Origin: Octopus bimaculoides
Lineage: Eukaryota
NCBI RefSeq assembly: GCF_001194135.2
Contig: NC_068988.1
Coordinates: forward strand, 18,304,602-18,351,830
Direction of reading: 5' to 3'
DNA: 47,229 bases
Positions 38,252 to 47,229 of this stretch are shown here, piece by piece. How positions within the stretch are numbered: the first letter of the stretch is position 1; each line of letters begins with the position of its first letter. The notes under the pieces are model-generated. The model worked only from the letters and a program-made list of their open reading frames with translations, searched no databases and was not told the DNA's origin. The translations under genes were made by a program, and so were the position numbers.

Positions 38252-38648
38252 TTAACTGGTTCTAACAGCTGAGAAGAGTAGCTGTTACAGAGAAGATTTT
38301 TGCATTTATCTTCAAATTCCTCATGAGGGTACATACAACAGCATTAACTGTTTTCGGTTTTAAAGTTGATTACTATGGACTAGAAAGAAACTTTGAGCGA
38401 TAATTTGGAAGTGCAGTAAATTTGGAACCAACTAGTTAGTTGGTTTGTTGTAAAGAGTGTATAACCATTGAATATAATTTTGTTTATATCTAGAGCAATA
38501 TTTCTTGCTTTCTTATTTTCTGGAAAAATACGTAACTGTATTATATCTTTAAATTAAAAATCGTTAAATTGTTTTCTGCATTTCTGTGGAATGGTTTTAA
38601 GCCTTTCATGTTATTTAAAAATGATTTCTGTTATCCATTTCATTACAG

Positions 38649-39393
38649 AACAAGTTTGAATTTCCCTCAGATCCTATTAATGGAATGGACAGTGACAATA
38701 AAGGCTGTATTGAGATGAAGACACTTCCTCGTCAAGAAAGTACTGCTAGTACGGATACTTATGCCAGCTGTTTCACACACCCGCAGAGTAGTCCTTCTAT
38801 CACAGGACGATCTACTGATCCAGCAAATCAGGCAAATATTTGTGTCAATCCATTGGAGGAGCCATCTTATCAAAGTCAACTACCATCTTACGAAGCTGTG
38901 ATGCAATGTGATTTTGCTAATAACACATCGAACTCAGATGTTACTAACTATCAGAAGGCTCCTCCATTGGGTAGCGCAATATGCCAAAGTTTCAGTGGCA
39001 ATGTCAACCAGCCATCTGATCAGATCATACAGAAAATTGATGATGGTTTAACCGCAACATGGCAACGAAATGTCTTAATATCTTCAGGTACAACTCCATC
39101 ATCATCTGTGGGTGATGTTAGAGCTCAGACCAAGATTGGTAGCCATTCTGGCGGTGCTCCATCAACAACAAAAACAGCCCTTAAACGATATAAGTCACTT
39201 TCGGGGGAAAAACATCCTCGTTTTGCAGACTCTCAGATTGAAAGAACATATTCTTCCACAGACAATCTTCACAGATACTCAAGACCAAAGTTGAAATTTC
39301 GCAAAACATCATCTTTATCAAGTCGTCTCCATGCTAGTCCTGCTACAGGAAAAAAACTTGCGAATTATCATCTTATTGCACATTCAAAGTCAG
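38649..39393 (+). CDS. Internal coding exon (~248 codons) of a host gene; Ser/Thr-rich cytoplasmic tail, candidate voltage-gated K+ channel Kv2/Shab (KCNB-like) C-terminus
   Basis: Stop-free frame NKFEFPSDPINGMDSDNKGCIEMKTLPRQESTASTDTYASCFTHP...HSKS in higher-GC, repeat-free DNA. Acceptor ...ccatttcattacag|AAC at 38648 (alternative ...tttccctcag|AT at 38670); canonical donor TCAG|gtgagt after 39393 (phase 1). IEMK...STASTDTYASCFTHP resembles the vertebrate Kv2.1 PRC segment as I recall it ([20 protein letters not shown]). Exon confidence is high; the Kv2 identity rests on this motif alone (about 0.55-0.6). Confidence 0.8.
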
Positions 39394-39600
39394 GTGAGTA
39401 CTAATAAATATATGTATATATTTATTTTTATGTCTATACATTTAAAGAGAGAGAGAAAAAGAAAGAAAGTAAAAGAAGGAAAATTAAGAAGTATTGGTAT
39501 GAGATTGTTAATTTATTTGTGTATGTAAGAATATGTGCGAGTAAATCTATCTTAGTTACCACACACACCCACACACATCTATATGTGTGTGTGTGTATCT

Positions 39601-39663
<63 letters not shown>

Positions 39664-42201
39664 NNNNNNNNNNNNNNNNNNNNNNNNNNNNNNNNNNNNN
39701 NNNNNNNNNNNNNNNNNNNNNNNNNNNNNNNNNNNNNNNNNNNNNNNNNNNNNNNNNNNNNNNNNNNNNATTGATTAATGTGAAAGTCTAGAAATGAAAG
39801 GAAACATGATTGCATATGATTACAAGTCATTATTATTCACAATTGATTGGCTAAAATAAAAGTGTTCGATTTTAGGATAATTCTAAAACAATTTAAAGCA
39901 AAAGCAAATAGAGAAATTGTCTTAAAGTAAAAATAATGCAAAAAAATCTTTAATCTTAATTTTAGTATTATCATTTCCATATCCCTATTGGACTTCAAAC
40001 ATGTATCAGCAATTGTTTTTTTTTATTGCTGTTTTTTAAAGTATTCATATATTTTATATATTCAATTGAAATTATAGAAAAAGCATGAAAATATTTGAAT
40101 TATTAAAATATTTACTTTAATTAAGCTTATGATTTTGAAATGCAACTTTCACAGCACTTCACAATATGTTTACCTTAATGATAATTTTTTTAAAAATCAG
40201 TTTGTCACCAATTATATTGTTGCATTATTTTCTTTTAGTTTTCTGCATTTGTAATTGACTTGCAGTGAATCTAAATCCAGGATTTAGTATAAATTTAATT
40301 ATATTGGCAGCTCTGAAACTTAATATGTTTGCATCAAATAAGTAACAAAAAAATACCATTTTAAATAACAAGTAAATTGTTAAAATATAAATGCCACATT
40401 ATTAAGTGCACTATACTGAAAAGTACTGGTGTTTTAGAGTGTAAGTTCATTATTGGCTTATATTCTTACCAAAAGAAACTTCTCAAAAAAAAAAAAAAAT
40501 CCATTCTCTTTCTTGTTTGGAAGGATTTTTTTCATATGGTTCTAAGAATAATAAGGTAAAGAAATATGAATGTTGCTTCTGCTATTCTGCTTTCAGAATA
40601 AACTTTCAAGGAAATATACAAACTTTATGTACCTATCAATATTTAACCACATAATGTGTTACAATTGTATACTAGTCTGTTGTGTTCATATCCATCAATA
40701 TGTCGTAGTTTTAGGAACCAATTCATTTCTTGTTCCAATTTCATATTCATTTTGTTTATGAAACATCCATTTTATGATTATTCTCTATATATATCATAAA
40801 TGCTTTAACACAAATAGAACATTTCATTTTGTATGTTCTATAGTTATTTTGACGTTGTATACTATGATCAACAAAATTACTCATTAAGAATATTCATCAA
40901 TTAATGCATAGGTACAATCATAAAGCTTTCAAAATTATATGATTGCAATATCAGTTATGTAAATTATGGAAATTATCAATTTTAACTTAGATAGAATAAT
41001 ACTTTATTAGAATAATATGTCAGTATTTTAAGTTTCAATTTACTATATATATACAGTTATACATATTAATATATTTAAGTTACAATTATAAATAAAATAT
41101 TTATATATAAGTTTCAGTTATATATATACAATTAAACCATTAATTATAAGCTCAGGAAGATTTTCCATAGAATTACATTTATTTTTATTGTTAATATATC
41201 ACACTTGAATATTTTGGAAAAATTTAATATAAGAATGAATCCACTAAAGCTGTCTGGAGTAGAATAGAAACTTGACAATACTTTCAAAGGGTGTTTAACA
41301 TCAATCGGTTTATATATAGGATCTAAATTTCAAACTTCAATTCTTTCCTTTCACATAATTTGTTGCTTAATATGTTTAAATTCACATGCTGGTGCACACA
41401 CAAGCATACACAATAGTTATAGTTAAAAATGAGCGATTAATTCACATACTACTTTGTAATAACAGTGTGTGCTTGTGAGTACTGTGTGTGGTACAAGTGT
41501 TTGTATGTGTGCGGGAGAGAGAGAGAGATGAAGCTAATGTGAAGAAAAGGGGTTCGAAAATAGAGATATAAAAGAACAAATAAATTCGATTAGATGTATT
41601 TATAGTTTAAAGAAGTTTTATTTAAGATTATACTTTACAACCAAGTCATTCTTTTTATAATAAAAAATTTAATTTTTCTTTATGACTGGATATTAAAAGA
41701 TAAATCATAGCATTGCATGGGTAGAATTAGTAGTGTTGAACAAAATACTGGTAATATTTAGTAACATACTTTTACATTTTGCATTCAATTCCTGGCAAGG
41801 TCAGTTTTACCTTTAGTCTTTCCATTGGGCAATAAAATAATTACTAGTTAAACACTGGTGTTATCTTAATCAACAATACCCATCTCTCAAATTTGAGGCC
41901 CTGTGCTTATATAAAAAAATCAATCTTAATGATAAATATAGTTATAAACATTTGAAATGCTTTCTGCATATATTCACGCTTCTCAAAATACTGACAAATA
42001 TCTTCAGCATAAGATGATATTAATTTTTGATAAGGATTTACTACTCATTCGTCTGAAATTTATTTACTGAAATTCTTTTTAAAGCTGTACTTGTCTAATA
42101 AGGGATTAGATTTGTGGTCATGTGTTGACACTGAAATTACTACAACACACAAGAACGATTAGCCATTTTAATAACACACAAAACTGTTAAATTCAGCATA
42201 A

Positions 42202-42418
42202 CCTTTTAGCAGTAAAACCAGCCATGTCGCACCCAAACATTTTCCCCATTTTATGTTCAAACCAGCCAGATCTGGCCTCTCACACCTACCCTACAATATC
42301 TAAACGTAAACAATCACATCTTCAAAATATTGAAACTATGAGATAATACATGATTAATTCCAAACGATGTGAATAAATAAGTATTAGATTTGAGAAAAAT
42401 AATCTGAATGTTAAACAG
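42202..42418. mobile_element. piggyBac-type MITE, second family, diverged
   Basis: Shares cacctaccctacaat and gatgtgaataaa with the 38030 copy; degenerate TIRs, right-hand TTAA. Confidence 0.7.
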
Positions 42419-42579
42419 TTAAAGTTAGATTTATTTCATGAGCTGTCAAAATTTTCTTCCCATAGTTGTGACTTAGTCATTAACACAGTTATATTGTGAC
42501 TACTGCAGTTGTCCAGCAAAGATATTGACATTCCATGAAAGAAATTTTGAGAGAATTTAACAGCTTCATGTATTGCAAA

Positions 42580-42912
42580 GTGAAGACACATGGTTCAGTG
42601 GTTAAAGTGTCGGGCTTACAATCACAAGGTTGTCAGTTTGATTCCTAGACTGGGTTGTGTTGTGTTCTTGAGCAAGACACTCTATTGCATGTTGCTCCAC
42701 TTCATTCGGCTGTAGAAATGAGTTGTGATGTCACTGGTGTCATGCTGTATCAGCCTTTCCTTTACCCTTGGACAATATCAGGGCATGGAGAGGGGAGGCT
42801 AGTATTCATGGGTGACTGCTGGTCTTCCATAAAACAGACTTGTGCCTTGGAAGGGAACTTTCTCAGTGCAATTCCATGGTCATTCATGATTTAAGGGGTT
42901 CTTCTCTTCCTC
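42580..42912 (+). mobile_element. tRNA-derived SINE, family D (CORE-like cttgagcaag box)
   Basis: A-box tggttcagtgg, B-box gtttgattcc; related copies at ~14265-14405 and ~17231-17472. Confidence 0.75.
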
Positions 42913-43012
42913 ATGATATTATTAAGTAGCTCTTCCATGATATAAGAAATAGTTTTAGGAAAGCTTCAAACTTTAGCAGAGTTTATATACTCTTTTTCTC
43001 ATCATGGTAATG

Positions 43013-43055
<43 letters not shown>

Positions 43056-43067
43056 CGATAATAATAA

Positions 43068-43287
43068 TCCTTTCTACTAAAGCACGAGTTTGGGGAGAAG
43101 AGATTAATCAATTACATCACCCCTAGTGTTTCACCGGTAATCAATTTATCGACCTCGAAAGGATAAAAGGCAAAGTTAACTTTGGTGGAATTTGAACTCA
43201 GAATGTAAAGACAGACAAAATATCACTAAGCATTCTGCTGGGCATGCTAAAAAACCTGCCACTCACCACCTAATAATATTAATAACA

Positions 43288-43322
<35 letters not shown>

Positions 43323-43495
43323 AATAATAACAATAATGATTGTTTCTAATTTTGGCACAAGGACTGAAATTTTGAGGGAGGGGGCTAGTCAATTACATCG
43401 ACCTCAGTGCATAACTGGTACTTATTTCATTGATCCCGAAAGGATGAAAGGCAAAGTAGACCTCAATAGAGGTCTACTTTGCTAAAAATTCTGCC

Positions 43496-43534
<39 letters not shown>

Positions 43535-43670
43535 GTCCTTTCTACTAAAAGCACAAAGCCCAAAATTTTGGAGCAGGGGACTAGTCGATTACACTGATCC
43601 CAGTGTTTCACTGTTGCTTTATTTATCAACACCGAAAGATGAAAGTTGAAAGGCAAAGTTGACCTCGGCA
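43068..43670 (-). mobile_element. Three SINE family B copies separated by (TAA)n
   Basis: Core repeated at ~43160, ~43440 and ~43650; each copy is bordered by AAT repeats. Confidence 0.82.
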
Positions 43671-44236
43671 TGCAATACCAGGTACTGGCTATACCCTGAT
43701 GCAAAATTAGGCACTGGTTTTCATGACTTCTGATCTTAACTGATTGGAAGTGTTATCATGTACATTGTTTTGTCTTGGTATAAAAGATGGACTGCAACAA
43801 ATATTCTTCACAATACCACAGATTTGTTCGTCAGTTGTTTGATCTTAACCAGTTGAGCATGTCCTTTGATGGCTGACGATATGTGCATCTCTGATCATGA
43901 GCAGAAGTAGTGGGGGAGCATCATAGCCATGTGTTGAGAGGAAGTCTTTGGGATTTGAATAATTCTCCTCCAAAAACATGGGGTGTTTTGTTCAAAAACC
44001 CTTATTCAAGGACCTTTTGAGTTGAATGGGTTACTTGACTGGAAGAAAACTCTAACTGGACCCCACCTGTAAGATCATGCACTGTTTATCTTGATATGAG
44101 ATCACCATGTCATGCACATATGGTTGTGATACATGTGCCCAGTGTACCCTTATCATACTGGTAGTCATGACGGGTATTTTGGATTTTGTTTATTTGTACT
44201 CATGTCACTTTGATGGCATGCACTGTTCTTTCACTC

Positions 44237-44277
<41 letters not shown>

Positions 44278-44305
44278 TAATAATAATAACAATAATAATA
44301 ATAAT

Positions 44306-44515
44306 TCTTTCAACTAAAGGCAAAAGGCCTGAAATTTTGGGGAAAGGAGCTAGTCAATTACATCAACCCCAGTGTTTCACTGGTATTTAATTTATCAACC
44401 CCAAAAGGATGAAAAGCAAAGTCGACCATGGCAGAATTTGAACCTAGAGTGTAGCAACAGGTGAAACACAACTATGCATTTCATCCAGTATGCTTACGAT
44501 TCTGCCAGTTCACCT
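44306..44515 (-). mobile_element. SINE family B
   Basis: Same core; (AAT)n on both sides. Confidence 0.85.
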
Positions 44516-44539
44516 TAATAATAATGCTAATACTAATAA

Positions 44540-44888
44540 CCAGCAGATGACAACGTTTCTCTAAAAGAAATGGAAAAACTTTCAAAATACAAAGACCTGG
44601 AAATAGAGATAACTCGAATGTGGAATCTAAAAACAGAAACAATTCCTATCATAGTAGGTGCCTTAGGTATAATAAAAAAATATTCAGACAAATACATAAC
44701 AAAAACACCAGGACTTACAAATATATATAACATACAGAAAATTGCACTACTGGGTACTGCACACATTCTACGCAAAACACTTTCAATACAGTAAACATAA
44801 GAGCACCACAGCAAACCACAGCACATACCCAAGGCGCACAGAGCTGCGCTCGGTAGTGAAGTGAAAGCACGTTATAAAAATAAAACTA

Positions 44889-44924
<36 letters not shown>
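44540..44924 (+). mobile_element. 5'-truncated non-LTR retrotransposon with restriction-like endonuclease C-terminus (R4/Dong-like)
   Basis: Open frame 44540-44794: PADDNVSLKEMEKLSKYKDLEIEITRMWNLKTETIPIIVGALG...QKIALLGTAHILRK, with the KExEKxxKY and P++GALG patterns of RLE-type LINEs. A ~100-nt 3' UTR then (AAT)n; the 5' junction also sits in TAA repeats. Confidence 0.82.
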
Positions 44925-45039
44925 CCAATGTAAAAAAAAGGACATTTTCATATGATAGGATAATGAGTAAGTTGCAATAATGCTTTCAAAGGGTTTAATA
45001 AAAATTAAAAATTATTATTTCACACGATTAGATAAAAGG

Positions 45040-45850
45040 CAGTGGTCTGGTGGCATAGTTAAAACAGCAGAAAAATTTCTTTGTAATATTTGTTCCAACA
45101 GTTTACTTTCCAAGTTCAAATCCTACCAAAGTGCTATTCAAGATCAATAAAATAAAGTACCAGTCGACTAAACATCAAGCCTTGTGACAATACTAGAAAC
45201 AATTATTTCACATAATTAGATCATTTATAGAGATGCTTTCCTTTTATGATGTAAATAAGTTTTGTTCTAATAGATCAGATGATATTGATCAGGTGCAAAT
45301 GTTGAGTACAACGACATACATTAAATAGATGTACAATGACTGAATTATTTTTTCATCACATTTTACAATTCTGAACAATGTAAAAATTCATGGTTAGTTG
45401 CTAGGATCATAAACCTATGTATAGAGGTATCACTCATCTATTCTCAAACTCAAACAGAACTAAGTGTATCCATGAGTGACCACAAAGATTAAGGAAAGTA
45501 TAAGACTTTTAGTCATAAGCTTATAATCATAGTACCATTTTCATGAATCAGAATCAGACTTTTCTTCTATGAATTATTCAAGAATGCCATGTTTTTATAT
45601 CAGAAAACATAATGTGTTGTGGTTTTATAGGAATGTGTGCATTTGTGAGTGAGTGTATGTGTGTTAAAACAAGAGCAGCCACAAATTACATTGCAGCACC
45701 CAATACTAATTTATAGCAGGTTGGTGGAATCGTTAAAGCATCAGAAAATATGCCTTGTGGTATTTGTTCCATTCCTTTACTCTCCAAGTTCAAATCCCAC
45801 CAAGGGCAATTCTGCTGTTCATCTTCACAAGGTTAATAAAATAAAGTGAT
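45040..45850 (+). mobile_element. Two diverged SINE family B copies (~45040-45205, ~45710-45850)
   Basis: ccaagttcaaatcc...aataaaataaagt core. Confidence 0.65.
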
Positions 45851-47229
45851 GGAATTTGTTGGTATATGTGTTGACAAATATAAGTCTGTTTTACTCTGTT
45901 GAGCTAAACACTGGTGATTGGTTGAATTTTTGTGTGTGCATATTTATAGCAAGAAAATACAAACAGATGGCAAAAAGATAAGAAAACAGTTTGGAGCAGA
46001 CTTAGTGTGAAATTGTTTAAAAGTTTGTTATAATAGGAATTCACACAAATAATTATGAGAAATAGCTCAAGTAAGCTGTCTGTTTAAATTGTTGTAAAAA
46101 GCGGGGAAGCTATAGGAAAAGGATGCAGAGAACAGGTAATTTGAGCTGAGAGTGAAGTACCAAAAACTGAATGGGTTTAAATATCTAATAGGAAGAGTTT
46201 TTAAAAAATTATAAAGTTCTATTATGTAGTGGATTCTAAGAGAAAATAGAATATACTGAAAATATTTCCAGAGTTCAAACTCTCAATGAAAATAGGAAAA
46301 GAGACTGTACTAGGTATGATCAATCAATCAATATAACTGTTGATTTTACCAATAGTACAAATATTCTTTGCCTTATTAAGTAAACACTCACCACTACTGC
46401 ATAAATGCTTCAAAATATTTAATAAAAATACAGTCAAAATTTTTTACTCAACCATACCAAATTCTTTGTAAACCATAGTTCTGATGACCTGTTTAGACTG
46501 AAACTATGTTCAAACAATATCAATATTAATCTCCAAAAGTGCATTTAAGAATTCAATTACCTAGTTGAAGATATTGCATATCAAACAATAACTTAGGTAA
46601 TGCATACATTGATCTCACCACTAGTTCAAACTTTGATACTAGCAAACCCATATGATTCACAAATAAAATACAAGCAAAGACACTTCAATTCCCAAATAAA
46701 TTTGGAACTTGAAAACAGTAAATATACATATGCACTTCACCATTTATACGCCATTTACTTCTGTTTATATTTTCACATATAACTAACTTATCGATAACTT
46801 CATAAGTATTGAGTGCTTCAATATATTTGTTGTAAGGCTATCCTATATATATTTGTATTTAAAATTGTCTTTACTGCTCTTTACTGGCTATTCATATATG
46901 TGCGTATATATTTGACTCTGGCTGATGACATGACTTCTTATATTAACACATATATGTATATAGACAACTTTATATAGCTTAAAAACAACTATAAAGCCTA
47001 TATTTTTACTTATGTCATAGGTTGGTTTGTGCATATATGTATGCAGATATATCTACTCTTGCCTGTGTCTAAATATGTGTATATGTGTGTATATGCATAT
47101 CTATGTATGTTTAGATATATGTGTCTGTGTGTGTGTGTGTGTAAATATATATCTATATACATATATATATATATAAATATATGTGTATATGTATATATAT
47201 ATTTGTATATATATATATATATTTGTATA

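Noticed and set aside
43790-43835. Minus-strand CTGACGA with a short stem
   Set aside because: GAAG instead of GAAA, and no UH in register.
401-47229. Most ORFs in the track (IYIY, CVCV, HTHT, poly-X, poly-V/N)
   Set aside because: They are translations of (TA)n, (TG)n and trinucleotide microsatellites, N gaps or SINE/LINE tails; none has splice or protein support.
1-47229. CRISPR arrays, operons, rRNA genes
   Set aside because: No regularly spaced repeats with unique spacers, no prokaryotic gene organisation and no rRNA-like sequence; the window is eukaryotic repeat-rich DNA.
39394-47229. Next exon of the host gene
   Set aside because: I found no convincing phase-1 acceptor plus open frame. 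It may lie outside the window or in a gap, or the frame may end at the intronic stop (39402-39404).

Overview
AT-rich, microsatellite-dense, gapped eukaryotic scaffold. The SINE/LINE repertoire resembles an octopus (coleoid cephalopod) genome; this is pattern recognition, not a database match. Most of the window is intron-like DNA filled with four tRNA-derived SINE families, RTE-clade LINE 3' ends, two decayed mariner transposons, a Penelope-like GIY-YIG fragment, an R4/Dong-like LINE 3' end, piggyBac-type and other MITEs and a DINE-1/HINE-like element. One convincing host coding exon is present (+, 38649/38671-39393). It carries a motif resembling the Kv2/Shab PRC / phospho-FFAT clustering signal. 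The most interesting unannotated signals are two minimal type I hammerhead-ribozyme folds on the + strand (6270-6307 and 25902-25991), several long fold-back structures, and a (TAA)n tract that has collected a stack of retroposons. Nearly all other ORFs in the supplied track are microsatellite, N-gap or repeat artefacts.
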